This document shows, one piece after another, positions 1-9,771 of a stretch of DNA of 64,000 nucleotides. A model generated the notes under the pieces. It saw nothing but the letters and a program-made list of their open reading frames with translations, was not told the DNA's origin and did no database searches. The translations under genes and the position numbers were made by a program. Numbering within the stretch: position 1 is the first letter of the stretch; each line of letters starts with the position of its first letter. The DNA comes from an uncultured Solirubrobacterales bacterium (lineage in GTDB: Bacteria; Actinomycetota; Thermoleophilia; Solirubrobacterales; 70-9): contig CAWGOE010000004.1 of the NCBI GenBank assembly GCA_963824215.1, positions 137,629 through 201,628 of the forward strand, read 5' to 3'.

Positions 1-695
1 CTGCAACCGGCCTGATCATGATGGCCGCAACCAGCCCCGCCATCACCGCCCTCTCCGACGGCAGCCACCAGATCGCCTTCCAGGCCAGCACCGGCTACCT
101 GGGGACCTACTCATCGACGAGCGGCGGGAAAACGACCAACCTGGGCATGAAATCCGGCACCAGCCCCGCCATCAGCGCCTACCTCGGCACCAGCTACCAG
201 GTCGCCTTCCACGACAACACTGGCTACCTGTGGACCTACTCGCCGCTGAGCGGCGCGGCGACGACCAACCTGGGCATGAAATCCGGCACCAGCCCCGCCA
301 TCAGCACCTTCCCCGCCGGTGGCTACCAGGTCGTCTTCCACGACAACACCGGCTACCTGTGGACCTACTCTTTGACGAGTGGCGGGAAAACGACCAACCT
401 GGGCATGAAAGCCGGCACCAGCCCGAGCATCGACGTGATGACCGACAGCACCTACCAGGTCGCCTTCCACGACAACACCGGCTACCTGTGGACCTACGCG
501 CCGCCGAGCGGGGGAAAATGGATCGGCCTGGGCATGATGGCCGGCGCCAGCCCGGCCATCACCGCCCTCTCGGGCGGCAGCCACCACGTCGCCTTCCCAG
601 CCAACACCGGCGAGTTGTGGACCTACATGCCGCCGACCAACTGGAAAGGGACCGGCTTGGGGATGGCGGCTGGGACCAGCCCGAGCATTGATTAG
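1..695 (+). CDS. Tandem-repeat protein, C-terminal part (at least 5 copies of a 43-aa unit, beta-propeller-like); 5' end outside window
   Basis: ORF 18..695 stays open in frame back to base 3 (ATGLIMMAATSPAI continues the repeat). The unit TSPAI..YQVAFHDNTGYLWTY..G..TTNLGMKSG recurs every 129 nt (tggacctac at 231, 360, 489, 618). Confidence 0.7.
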   Translation, partial: ATGLIMMAATSPAITALSDGSHQIAFQASTGYLGTYSSTSGGKTTNLGMKSGTSPAISAYLGTSYQVAFHDNTGYLWTYSPLSGAATTNLGMKSGTSPAISTFPAGGYQVVFHDNTGYLWTYSLTSGGKTTNLGMKAGTSPSIDVMTDSTYQVAFHDNTGYLWTYAPPSGGKWIGLGMMAGASPAITALSGGSHHVAFPANTGELWTYMPPTNWKGTGLGMAAGTSPSID

Positions 696-830
696 GGATT
701 GCATTAACGCCGCATATCGGCACTAATTGGAATCTCGATGGATTTAATTCGCCTGTCGCCCCTATAATCCGACGATCTGTCAACCCGTCGCGCGCCCGCT
801 CGGAGAAGGCGCGGAAACCGGGAGGTCGAG

Positions 831-3800
831 ATGTCCGATACCCAGTCCCGTGAGCTTCATGGCGAGGGTGGCCCCGTCCGCTACTCGCCAGAGCGTGCCT
901 ACCGGCCGCTAGTTTCGCCGCCCAGCGTCGAGGACAAGGACGCCTGTGCGATCTATGCCTCTGTGCGCAAGGATGCGACGCCGGGCCACGAACCGGTCGA
1001 GCGCGCGATCCCGGCGCTGCAGAAGATGCTCCACCGCGCCGGCAACGTCGACGGCGAGGGCGATGGCTGTGGTCTCCTGGTCGACATCCCGCGCAAGATC
1101 TGGGCCGAGGAGGTTCGCTCCGGCGGGCACGATCCCTCGCTGACCCTCGACGACGCCTTTGCCGTCGCCCACGTCTTCGTCGATCGCTCGCAGGACCTCG
1201 AGCGTATTCAGCACGACGCCCGCGAGCTGCTCGGCCGCGGCGGCTTCCGCATCCTCGCCGAGCGCATCGGCGTCGTCGACTCGCCCGCGCTCGGCCCGAC
1301 CGCGCGCGAGGAGGAGCCCCACTTCTGGCAGCTCTGCGGCCTCGTCGCCGACGCTTCGCGCCGCGACCGCGTCCTCTTCGACCTGATGATCGAGCTGGAG
1401 ACCGAGCTCGGCGTCCACGTCCCTTCGCTCTCGGCGACGACCTGCGTCTACAAGGTGATGGGGGCGCCGAAGATCCTTGGCGAGTACTACCCCGACCTGC
1501 GCGACGAGCGCTTCGAGACGATCGGCTGTTTCGGCCACAACCGCTACTCGACCAATACCTGGCCCTCCTTCAAGCGGGTGCAGCCCTTCTCCGTGCTCGG
1601 TCACAACGGCGAGATCAACACGGTCGAACAACTGCGCCAGGAGGCGCGCATGCTCGGCGTGCCGATCCAGCCCGGCTCCTCGGACTCCCAGGACCTGAAC
1701 CGGACGATCGACACGCTGATCAGCCGCGACAAGCTCAGCCTCGCCGAGGCGATGGAGATGGTCGTGCCGCCGATCGTCAACGAGATCCGCGGCCTGCCCG
1801 AGGATCTGCACCGCTTCTACATGTACATGCGCCAGGCGATGGGGCCGTTTGCCCAGGGGCCGGTGGCACTGATCGCGCGCCACAGCGACGAGTGCGTCTT
1901 CTCCGCCGACGCGCTCGGCCTGCGGCCGCTCTGGCAGGTCGAGACCGGCGACGACTTTGTCTTCAGCTCCGAGCCCGGCGTCGTCGCGGTGAGCGAGATG
2001 GTCTCCGAGCCGAAGCCGCTCGCCCCCGGCGAGAAGGCGCTGGTCACGATCGACCGCGACCGCAAGCGCTCGACCCTGCACTCGCACGACGAGATGCTGC
2101 GCATCGTCCGCGACCGCTGGCTCGCCCGCAACGGGGCCGAGGAGGCGGCTCCCTACGATCGCGCCCTGACCACCGGCGGTCCGCTCGAGGGCTCGGACGT
2201 CCCCGGCTACTCCGACGCCGGCCCCGAAGAGCCGGTCAAGGTCGCCGATCGCATCCTCGCTGGCTTTGGCTGGCAGCGTGACGACGTCAAACTGGTCCAG
2301 CAGATGGCCTCCAACGGCGCCGAGCCGGTCGGATCGCTTGGCTACGACGGGCCGCTGGCGGCGCTCTCGCCGGAGCGCCAGAACCTCGCCGACTACTTCA
2401 AGGAGACGGTCGCCGTGGTCACCAACCCGGCGATCGACCGCGAGCGCGAGATGGAGCACTTCTCGACCCGCTCGATCTTCGGTCGCCGCCCCTCGATCGA
2501 CGCCGCCGGGGAGGACACCGGCACGGTCGAGACCTCTTTCCCGGTGATCCTCGGCGGTCACCATGGGATGGCGCCGCTCTCCGACAAGACCTATCGCAAG
2601 ATCGCCCGCGAGCACCAGACCTACCTGCTCGAGGACCTCTGGGAGCAGTTCCGCGGCCGCGCCGCCGCGGTCGACATCTCGCTGCTGGAGTCGGAGACCA
2701 CGCAGGGCGCGATAGAGCGGATCAAGCAGGAGGCGGTGAAGAAGGTGCGCGACGGCGCCGAGCTCCTGGTGCTGACCGATCGCACCGTCTATGACGCCGA
2801 GCGCCGCTACCTCGATCCGCACCTGGCCACCTCGGCAGTCGACCAGGCGCTGAAGCAGTTCCGGGTTGAGCCGGGTGAGGAGAACCTGAGGCGCCGCTGC
2901 GGCTTGGTATTGCGCTCCGCTTCGCTACGCAATGTCCACGACGTGATGCTCGCCCTCGGCCTCGGTGCCAACGGCGTCTGCCCGTACACGATGGTCGAGG
3001 TGATCTGCGTCGAGGACTACGAGACCGATATCGGCAACCTCTGCGCGGCGCTTGCCAAGGGAATCGAGAAAGTGATCTCGACGATCGGCATCCACGAGGT
3101 GCGCGGCTACGCCCGCCAGTTCTCCTCGATCGGCGTCAAGCCGGAGCTCGCCGAGATCTTCCAGACCGAGGCTTTTGCCGCCAGCGAGTCGGGCGGGGTC
3201 GGCTTTGCCGGCCTCGACGAGAGCACGAACGAGCGGGCGCGGATCCTCGGCGGCGACGAGGACGCCAAACCGGCCAAGACCTTCCGCTTCTACCCCAAGG
3301 TCTACAAGGCGGCGATCGCCACTGCCAACGGCTCTGGCTCCTACGCCGAATACAGCGAGAAAGTGCGCGACCTGGAGGCGCAGAGCCCGATCTCGATGCG
3401 CCACATCATGGGGCTCAAGGGCGACCGCGACCCGGTCGACCCGTCTACAGTCGATGCCGGGATCGGCCACCACGACTACCCCGTCGTGATCTCCTCGATG
3501 AGCTTCGGCTCGCAGTCCGAGCCCGCCTTCCGCGCCTACGCCGAGGCGGCGAAGTCGATCAACATCCTCTGCGTCAACGGCGAGGGCGGCGAGATCCGCG
3601 ACATGTACGGCAACTACCGCAAGTGGCGCGGCCAGCAGGTCGCCTCCGGCCGCTTCGGCGTTTCGGCCGAGATGCTCAACTCCTCCTACCTCGCCGAGAT
3701 CAAGATCGGCCAGGGCGCCAAGCCCGGCGAGGGCGGCCACCTGCCCGGCAAGAAGGTCTCCGAGAAGGTCGCCGCCGCGCGTAACGCGGCGCCCGGCACC

Positions 3801-5504
3801 GACCTGATCTCTCCCTCCAACAACCACGACCTCTACTCGATCGAGGACCTGGCCGAGCTGATCGACGAGCTGAAGACCGTCAACCCCGATGTGCGCGTCT
3901 CGGTCAAGGTGCCAGTGGTGCCGAACATCGGCACGATCGGCCTCGGCATCGCCAAGGCCGGCGCCGACATCATCACCCTGTCGGGCTTCGAGGGCGGCAC
4001 CGGCGCCGCGCGCCAGCACGCCCTGCGCCACGTCGGCCTGCCCTCTGACGTCGGCACTCGCGCCGTGCACCGGGCGCTGATGGAGGCAGGGCTGCGCAAC
4101 CGGGTCGAGATCTGGGCCGACGGCGGCTACCGCACCGGCCACGACGTCGTCAAGCTGCACTGCCTCGGCGCCAACCGGGTCGGCTTCGGCACCCTGGCGA
4201 TGGTCAGCCTCGGCTGCACGATCTGCCGCGGTTGCCAGCTCGACACCTGCCACGTCGGCATCGCGACCCAGATCGAGACGGTCGAGCAGGCCCAGGAGCA
4301 CGGGCTGAAGAAGTTCACCCCGCAGGAAATAGACGTGGCGGCGGAGAGCTGCGCCCGCTTCTTCGAGGCGATGGGCGAGGAGGTCAAGGAGGTCACGGCC
4401 TCGCTCGGCTACGACCGCGCCCAGGATCTGGTCGGCCGCTACGACCTGCTCGAGCAGATCTCCCATCACGACCAGATCGATCTGGCGCCGCTGATCACGC
4501 CGCTGGAGGAGTTCCTCGACCTCGAGCCGATCGACCTGCCGGTTGCCGAGGAGATCGCCGAGACCCGCGCCGAGGCGGGCATGGTCGTCGCCCAGCCGAT
4601 CCGGATGGAGGCCAAGCAGGCCTCGGCTCAGATCGGCGCCCTCGCCGGCGAAATCTGCTCGGGCAGCACCGTCAGCAGTCGCTTCCCACGCGCGACCGAT
4701 GCCAACGATCGCGTGCTCGGCACCGAGCTATCCGGCGCCATCGCCCGCTCCCGTATTTTCGACGGCGGGCCCGAGTCCAACGACGACGTGCTTGCTGACC
4801 TCGAGTTCAACGGCGGCTCGGTCGCCGGCCAGGGCTTCGGCGCCTTCAACTCTTACGGCGTCTCGATCCGGGTCGAGGGCGGCGCCCAAGACGGCGTCGG
4901 CAAGACGATGCTGGGCGGCACGGTCGCCGTGCTCAAGGGCAAGGGGGCGAAGGGCCAGCGGCTCAACGGCTCGGTCGGCAAGTCGTTCGCCTACGGCGCC
5001 CAGCGCGGCCGCCTCTTCGTCCAGGGCTCGGCCGATTCGCGCTTCTGCATCCGCCTCTCCGGCGCTGATGTGGTGCTGGGCGGCGAGCCCGAAGAGGCGA
5101 TCGACGACAGCCGCGGCTGTTTGGTCGACCGCGCCAATGCCAAGGGCTTCGCCTTCGAGTACATGACCTCGGGCCGCGCCGTTGTCCTCGGCGACCTCGG
5201 GCCCTGGGCCTGCGCCGGGATGACCGGCGGCCGCGTCTACGTCCGCCACAACGCTTTCGGCATCGATCGCCAAGCCATTGAATCTCGCCTTGGCGAGGGG
5301 GCAAAAGTCGAGCTGAAGGAGCTCGACTCAGAGGCCCAGCTCGACATCGACGACCTGCTCAGCCATTACGCAGACGAGCTGCGAGCAACGGGCCAGGACG
5401 ACGAGGCCGAGCGGATGATCAGTTTGGCCGGCGACGCCTCGAGCAACTTCCTGATGATCGTCCCGCACAAGGTCCAAGCGGACCCCTCGATCTCCACGGA
5501 GTAA
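831..5504 (+). CDS. gltB: Glutamate synthase large subunit-like protein (GATase-2, central, FMN and GXGXG domains fused)
   Basis: 1557-aa ORF with GHNGEINT (amidotransferase), GQGAKPGEGGHLPG and SPSNNHDLYSIEDL (FMN/synthase domain) and a C-terminal GXGXG-type repeat region. A GGGAGG RBS lies just upstream of ATG 831. No gltD-like gene follows. Confidence 0.93.
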   Translation: MSDTQSRELHGEGGPVRYSPERAYRPLVSPPSVEDKDACAIYASVRKDATPGHEPVERAIPALQKMLHRAGNVDGEGDGCGLLVDIPRKIWAEEVRSGGHDPSLTLDDAFAVAHVFVDRSQDLERIQHDARELLGRGGFRILAERIGVVDSPALGPTAREEEPHFWQLCGLVADASRRDRVLFDLMIELETELGVHVPSLSATTCVYKVMGAPKILGEYYPDLRDERFETIGCFGHNRYSTNTWPSFKRVQPFSVLGHNGEINTVEQLRQEARMLGVPIQPGSSDSQDLNRTIDTLISRDKLSLAEAMEMVVPPIVNEIRGLPEDLHRFYMYMRQAMGPFAQGPVALIARHSDECVFSADALGLRPLWQVETGDDFVFSSEPGVVAVSEMVSEPKPLAPGEKALVTIDRDRKRSTLHSHDEMLRIVRDRWLARNGAEEAAPYDRALTTGGPLEGSDVPGYSDAGPEEPVKVADRILAGFGWQRDDVKLVQQMASNGAEPVGSLGYDGPLAALSPERQNLADYFKETVAVVTNPAIDREREMEHFSTRSIFGRRPSIDAAGEDTGTVETSFPVILGGHHGMAPLSDKTYRKIAREHQTYLLEDLWEQFRGRAAAVDISLLESETTQGAIERIKQEAVKKVRDGAELLVLTDRTVYDAERRYLDPHLATSAVDQALKQFRVEPGEENLRRRCGLVLRSASLRNVHDVMLALGLGANGVCPYTMVEVICVEDYETDIGNLCAALAKGIEKVISTIGIHEVRGYARQFSSIGVKPELAEIFQTEAFAASESGGVGFAGLDESTNERARILGGDEDAKPAKTFRFYPKVYKAAIATANGSGSYAEYSEKVRDLEAQSPISMRHIMGLKGDRDPVDPSTVDAGIGHHDYPVVISSMSFGSQSEPAFRAYAEAAKSINILCVNGEGGEIRDMYGNYRKWRGQQVASGRFGVSAEMLNSSYLAEIKIGQGAKPGEGGHLPGKKVSEKVAAARNAAPGTDLISPSNNHDLYSIEDLAELIDELKTVNPDVRVSVKVPVVPNIGTIGLGIAKAGADIITLSGFEGGTGAARQHALRHVGLPSDVGTRAVHRALMEAGLRNRVEIWADGGYRTGHDVVKLHCLGANRVGFGTLAMVSLGCTICRGCQLDTCHVGIATQIETVEQAQEHGLKKFTPQEIDVAAESCARFFEAMGEEVKEVTASLGYDRAQDLVGRYDLLEQISHHDQIDLAPLITPLEEFLDLEPIDLPVAEEIAETRAEAGMVVAQPIRMEAKQASAQIGALAGEICSGSTVSSRFPRATDANDRVLGTELSGAIARSRIFDGGPESNDDVLADLEFNGGSVAGQGFGAFNSYGVSIRVEGGAQDGVGKTMLGGTVAVLKGKGAKGQRLNGSVGKSFAYGAQRGRLFVQGSADSRFCIRLSGADVVLGGEPEEAIDDSRGCLVDRANAKGFAFEYMTSGRAVVLGDLGPWACAGMTGGRVYVRHNAFGIDRQAIESRLGEGAKVELKELDSEAQLDIDDLLSHYADELRATGQDDEAERMISLAGDASSNFLMIVPHKVQADPSISTE

Positions 5505-5506
5505 GC

Positions 5507-5723
5507 GGCAGGACAGGAGGTACCCCTCCGCCGGAACCCGCGCCGGCACTCTTGCGAGGGCGCGGACGTGTTGCGGCTCACAAGTTCCTGCGAAGGGGTA
5601 CCTCCTGTCCTGCCCCGAACGGTGCGGGGGATGGGTTCCCCTCGGATGGAACTTGTGAGCCGTTAAGCGAGAGTCCCGTCGTCGGGCCGAGCGCGGGTTC
5701 CAGCTGAGGGGAACCCATCCCCC
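5507..5723. repeat. Four interleaved perfect inverted repeats (two large hairpin units in inverted orientation) between convergent genes
   Basis: A 5507-5527/5594-5614 (21 bp); B 5533-5543/5691-5701 (11 bp); C 5574-5588/5648-5662 (15 bp); D 5626-5643/5706-5723 (18 bp). All read directly from the sequence. Confidence 0.85.
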
Positions 5724-5731
5724 GCTGCTGA

Positions 5732-6121
5732 CTAGCGAGTCCGAGTCAAGAGGTCCGCGATGGCGCGGACCTCTTTGAGCAGGCCGTCGAGCATCGCCTC
5801 GGTGTTCGTGTGGATGCGCCACTCGGCGTGCTGGCGGTCCTGCTCTACTTGATCGATTCGGCGCTCTAGCTTGCGTACGCGCTTGTCCATTCGCTTTTCG
5901 ACCTTGGCGATCCGTTTCTTGACGTGGCTGCGCATCTCCCGGCTGGTCTCGTCGCGAATTGCGTCGAGCTCGCGCCGCAGCTCCGGGTGCTCGTGGTCGC
6001 TTGGCCCTTCGGCGAGCATCTCCTCGACCCCGGAACGGACCCGCTCGATCTCTTCGTGCAGGCGCTTACGTGCCTGTTCGGCCGCTACTGACGGATCGTG
6101 GGGCGAATCCACGGCAGCCAT
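5732..6121 (-). CDS. Coiled-coil hypothetical protein
   Basis: ORF 5732..6229. The internal Met (MAAVDSPHD...) at 6121 gives a charged, heptad-like 129-aa protein directly downstream of the FHA gene on the same strand. Confidence 0.55.
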   Translation of the reverse strand: MAAVDSPHDPSVAAEQARKRLHEEIERVRSGVEEMLAEGPSDHEHPELRRELDAIRDETSREMRSHVKKRIAKVEKRMDKRVRKLERRIDQVEQDRQHAEWRIHTNTEAMLDGLLKEVRAIADLLTRTR

Positions 6122-6159
6122 CCTACGGCTGCCATAGGCCGGAATTTGCGCGGTTTGCC

Positions 6160-6837
6160 TCAGCCTTCGAGCGCAAAGAGGCGGTAGCGGCCGATCGTCA
6201 GCTCGTCGCCGTCGGTGAGCTTGCCCCACTCGACCGTTGCACCGTTGATGAAAACACCGTTGAGGCTGCGGTCGTCGAGCACACGCAGGGACTCGCCCGG
6301 TTCGGAGACGATCAGGGCGTGGCGGCGGGAGACGCTGGGGTCGTCGAGGCGGACGTCGGCACTGACGCTGCGGCCGATCCGGGTCCAGCCCGACTCGATC
6401 TCGAAGTCGAGTACCTCGTCACCCTCCTCAAGGCAGACGAGGTGGCGGCTGCCGGAGCTCAGGCCCCCTCGCATCTCCTCCAGCCAGCTGGTCGGCGCGA
6501 CCTCGTCGGGCACGTCGAACTCAGCAGTGGTTTCGGAGTGCTCCTGCATCGATTCGAAGATCGAGTCGAGCCTGAAATGCGAGGCGCCGCAGCGGGGGCA
6601 GTCGGGAAGCCGGTCGTCCTCGTGGAGCGCCAACTGGGCTCCGCATGCGACGCAAAAGTACGTCCCAGGGCCCGGAAACGTCCCGCTGTCAGAGCTATCA
6701 GAAGCTGGGGTGGGGGTGAGGCTGGCGGTGATCTCTACTCCTTCCCGGCACCTGCCGTCATTTGATCCTAGCGCTGTGTACAAGACCTGCGCATCGGGGT
6801 TTTGCCGTAGCGATACCCAGGTTCCGGCCTCCGACAA
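6160..6837 (-). CDS. FHA-domain protein with central zinc-ribbon
   Basis: C-terminal FHA signature (RIGRS..DV.LDDPSVSRRHA...NGVFING...L.DGDELTIG) and a CxxC...CxxC motif (CVACG...CPRCG). Confidence 0.85.
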   Translation of the reverse strand: MSEAGTWVSLRQNPDAQVLYTALGSNDGRCREGVEITASLTPTPASDSSDSGTFPGPGTYFCVACGAQLALHEDDRLPDCPRCGASHFRLDSIFESMQEHSETTAEFDVPDEVAPTSWLEEMRGGLSSGSRHLVCLEEGDEVLDFEIESGWTRIGRSVSADVRLDDPSVSRRHALIVSEPGESLRVLDDRSLNGVFINGATVEWGKLTDGDELTIGRYRLFALEG

Positions 6838-6875
6838 ACCCGGCCGCTCGGGCGAGGATAGAATCGCGGCCTCGC

Positions 6876-7394
6876 ATGGGCCCGGTCAGCGCAGAGATCG
6901 AGATCGACGCCCCCAGGGAGCAGATTTTCGCGACGATCGCCGATCTTGCCCACCGTCCCTCCTTCACCGATCACTTCATCACCGACTTCCATCTGACGCG
7001 GCTCGAGTCGCGCGGGATCGGCGCTGGGGCGCGGTTCCGCGTCAACCTGCCGCTGCGATCGGTTTGGATGGATACCGTGATCGCCGAGCTCGCGGAGCCG
7101 CACAAGATCGTCGAGCATGGCCAGGGAGGACGAGCCAACCGCATTCCGACGACCCTCGTCTGGGAGCTGACCGAGGGCGCGGGCTCGTTAACCAGAGTCT
7201 GTGTCTCCCATTGGACCGAGCCATCGAACCCCTTTGATCGAGCGGTGGAGATGATCGCCGCCAACTCAATCTTTGAGCAACGCGGCTGGCGCGAGGCGCT
7301 GCGACGGCTGCGTGAGCGACTCGAGGGCGAGAAGGCGGCAGCGGCCCCGCTCGCCGTGGCGGGCGGCAACGCCCATGCGACTGGCATACCTTGA
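6876..7394 (+). CDS. SRPBCC/START-fold (polyketide cyclase-dehydrase-like) protein
   Basis: N-terminus MGPVSAEIEIDAPREQIFATIADLAHRPSF is typical of the SRPBCC family. Start chosen at the internal Met of ORF 6762..7394. Confidence 0.7.
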   Translation: MGPVSAEIEIDAPREQIFATIADLAHRPSFTDHFITDFHLTRLESRGIGAGARFRVNLPLRSVWMDTVIAELAEPHKIVEHGQGGRANRIPTTLVWELTEGAGSLTRVCVSHWTEPSNPFDRAVEMIAANSIFEQRGWREALRRLRERLEGEKAAAAPLAVAGGNAHATGIP

Positions 7395-7432
7395 GGCGGG
7401 CTGCCGAGCGCCTTTATAGACTCTCGCCGCCG

Positions 7433-7972
7433 ATGGCCGCCGCACGCAGAATCACCCTACCGTTGCTTGCCGCGCTTGCGCTTGCCTTCGCGCTTGCCGC
7501 CTGCGGCTCGGAGAGCCACTCCAAGGACGTGGTCGAGGGCCAGCCGGTGACGCTCGGCGAGCTCAAATACAACGTCATCTTCTCCCGTTTCCTCAACCCG
7601 AGCGACAACGAGGACTCTGCCTATCTGATTGGCCAGGACCCCGCCCCTCCTGGCTCGGCCTACTTCGGCGTCTTCCTCGAAGTCCAGAACGAGAGCGAAG
7701 AGCCACAGACGCTGGCCGATTCGTTCACGATCACCGACGCCGACCACGAGACCTTCGAGGCTCTGGAGAGCGAGAGCCTCTACGCGCTGCCCTTCGGCGG
7801 CGAAGTCGAATCCCAGGAACAGATCCCGATTCTCGACTCGACCCCGCAGAAGGGCCCGATCGAAGGCTCGCTGGTCCTCTTCGAGCTGCCTGCCTCTGCA
7901 TCTGAGAACCGCCCGCTGGTGATGTCGATCCCGGGTCCCGAAGGCCCGGCGACGGTCACGCTCGACCTCTAG
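7433..7972 (+). CDS. Putative lipoprotein (DUF4352-like, tentative)
   Basis: Lipobox LAFALAACGS after a basic N-terminus. Start taken at the Met preceding the signal peptide. Confidence 0.65.
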   Translation: MAAARRITLPLLAALALAFALAACGSESHSKDVVEGQPVTLGELKYNVIFSRFLNPSDNEDSAYLIGQDPAPPGSAYFGVFLEVQNESEEPQTLADSFTITDADHETFEALESESLYALPFGGEVESQEQIPILDSTPQKGPIEGSLVLFELPASASENRPLVMSIPGPEGPATVTLDL

Positions 7973-7984
7973 GCGCCGGTCCGC

Positions 7985-9751
7985 TCAGAGTCCGGCCGAG
8001 AGGACCTGGCCGGCAATTGGCGCGGCCACTTCGCCGCCGGCGGCTTCCGCTTCAATCAGCAGCACGCCGACCGCGAGCCGCGGCTTTTCCGCTGGGGAGA
8101 AGGCGATGAACCAGGCGTCCTTGATCTGCTCCGGTTCCTCTTCGTGCTCGGTGCCCGGCTTGGGCCCGAGCTCGGCCGTGCCGGTCTTGCCGGCGACCTG
8201 AGCCTCGGGGATCGCGGCGGCGAAGCCGGTGCCCCCGGCGACGACGCCGATCATCAGCTCGGTCAGTTCGTCCGCCAGCCCCTCGGACATCACGCGGACC
8301 GGCTCCGCCTCGGGCCGCAGCTTGCGGTTGGCGACCACCGAGGTTGGTTCGCGGACGCCGCCGTTGGCGATCGTCTGCGCCACGGTTGCCATCTGCAGCG
8401 GGGTCGCGAGCACCTCACCCTGCCCGATCGCGGTCACGCCGAGGTCGATTTCTTCGCCGATCTCAGTCGGGATGGTCGACTCGGGCGGGTCGACCGCGGC
8501 GACGATCTCCTCTGCGTAGAGCGTGGGCGGGGAGTTGAAGCCGAAGCGTTCGGCGGTCTCGACCAAGTCGTCGTTGCCGATCTTGGGGCCGAGCGGCGCG
8601 AAGTCGGCATTGCAGGACTCGGCGAAGGCTTCGCGGAAGGTGCCGCCGCAAAACTCGCCGTTGGCGTTGCTGATGAAGCGCCCGCCGACGTTGACCCCGT
8701 CGACGATTTCGAATTCGGTCTCGAGCGTGACAACGCCCTTCTCCAGCGCCGCCGCCGTCGTGATCGCCTTGAAGGTCGAGCCGGGTGGCTGTGGCGCCGA
8801 GAAGGCCTGTCCGGCGAGCGCGCGGACGTCGCCGCTGCGGGTATCGAGCACCGCGACCCCGCCCACGCGCCCGGCGAGGGCCGCAACTGCTTCCTCCTGC
8901 AGGTCGGGGTCGATGTTCGTCTTCACCGGCGCCCCGGGTTGGGGCTCGGCCTGGGAGAGGATCCGGGCCGAGCCGGCTTCGTTGACCGCAAGCAGCGATC
9001 CGCCTGGCCGCCCCGCGAGTCGCCTGTTGAACGCTTGCTCGAGCCCGCTGATGCCGACCGGTGCTTGCGGCGGAAACCCCTGGCGGGCGAGGGCGGCGAA
9101 GTCTTCTTCGTCAGGCGCTCCCACTTCGCCGGTGACGTCGATCGCCGCGCTGCCAAGCGGATGTTCGCGTTCTTCGGCGGGACCCTCCGCAAGTGGCGTC
9201 CCGTCGCGGGCGAGGATCTGCGCCCGCGGCGCGAGGTCGATCCGGTTCTCGAGATGCTCCCCGCTCGCCAAGCCCGGAAAGACGAGGCTGGGGTTCCAGG
9301 CGACGCCGCCATCTGCGTAGGGGACGAGGAGCTCGGTCTCGACGGCGCCGAAGGCGACGGTTCCTGCCTCGACCGGCACCAGCACCGCGGTGGCGCCGCT
9401 TGCGGAGCTGGGATCGCCCGGCGAATCGAAAGCAAGGCTGCGCAGCGTCGCCACCTCGGCCGCTTCGCGGTAGGCCTGGGCAAACTCGGTCGCACCGATC
9501 GCGCGGCGGGAGGCATCGTTCAGCTCGCGATACATCGCGGTGAAGTCTTTCTTGACCCACCCTTCGGTGAAGCGCTCGGCAGTCTCCTTCTCCGGTGACT
9601 CCGGCTTGCCCGCAGCGGCGCCAAGCGCGAACGCGATTACGGCGACGATGATGAGCGGCACAGCGCGAGTGACTATGCGACGACGACGCTCTACCTCAGC
9701 AGGCAGGGGTTTCACTGTCGGAAATCTAGTGTCGAGGGAGGTCGGGCTCAA
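7985..9751 (-). CDS. Penicillin-binding protein, class B transpeptidase with NTF2-like N-terminal domain
   Basis: STFK (PGSTFKAITTAAAL), SCN and KTGT (GKTGTAE) active-site motifs, plus an N-terminal membrane anchor. Confidence 0.88.
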   Translation of the reverse strand: MSPTSLDTRFPTVKPLPAEVERRRRIVTRAVPLIIVAVIAFALGAAAGKPESPEKETAERFTEGWVKKDFTAMYRELNDASRRAIGATEFAQAYREAAEVATLRSLAFDSPGDPSSASGATAVLVPVEAGTVAFGAVETELLVPYADGGVAWNPSLVFPGLASGEHLENRIDLAPRAQILARDGTPLAEGPAEEREHPLGSAAIDVTGEVGAPDEEDFAALARQGFPPQAPVGISGLEQAFNRRLAGRPGGSLLAVNEAGSARILSQAEPQPGAPVKTNIDPDLQEEAVAALAGRVGGVAVLDTRSGDVRALAGQAFSAPQPPGSTFKAITTAAALEKGVVTLETEFEIVDGVNVGGRFISNANGEFCGGTFREAFAESCNADFAPLGPKIGNDDLVETAERFGFNSPPTLYAEEIVAAVDPPESTIPTEIGEEIDLGVTAIGQGEVLATPLQMATVAQTIANGGVREPTSVVANRKLRPEAEPVRVMSEGLADELTELMIGVVAGGTGFAAAIPEAQVAGKTGTAELGPKPGTEHEEEPEQIKDAWFIAFSPAEKPRLAVGVLLIEAEAAGGEVAAPIAGQVLSAGL

Positions 9752-9771
9752 CGTTCTTGATTAGAGAGCCC

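Noticed and set aside
695-830. Promoter upstream of gltB (tataat at about 764-769)
   Set aside because: A -10-like hexamer is present in an A/T-richer stretch. The -35 match is poor and nothing else supports it, so it is not reported as a feature.
909-4469. Long minus-strand ORFs (909..2822, 637 aa; 2925..4469, 514 aa) inside gltB
   Set aside because: They run antisense to a gene with unambiguous glutamate synthase motifs. Their products are Arg/Ala/Gly/Asp-rich low-complexity sequence typical of high-G+C shadow ORFs.
5328-5822. 164-aa minus-strand ORF across the gltB downstream hairpin region
   Set aside because: It overlaps the gltB 3' end and the inverted-repeat block. His/Arg/Pro-rich product. 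More likely non-coding.
8144-9598. 484-aa plus-strand ORF opposite the PBP gene
   Set aside because: Shadow ORF. The minus strand carries the STFK, SxN and KTG motifs.
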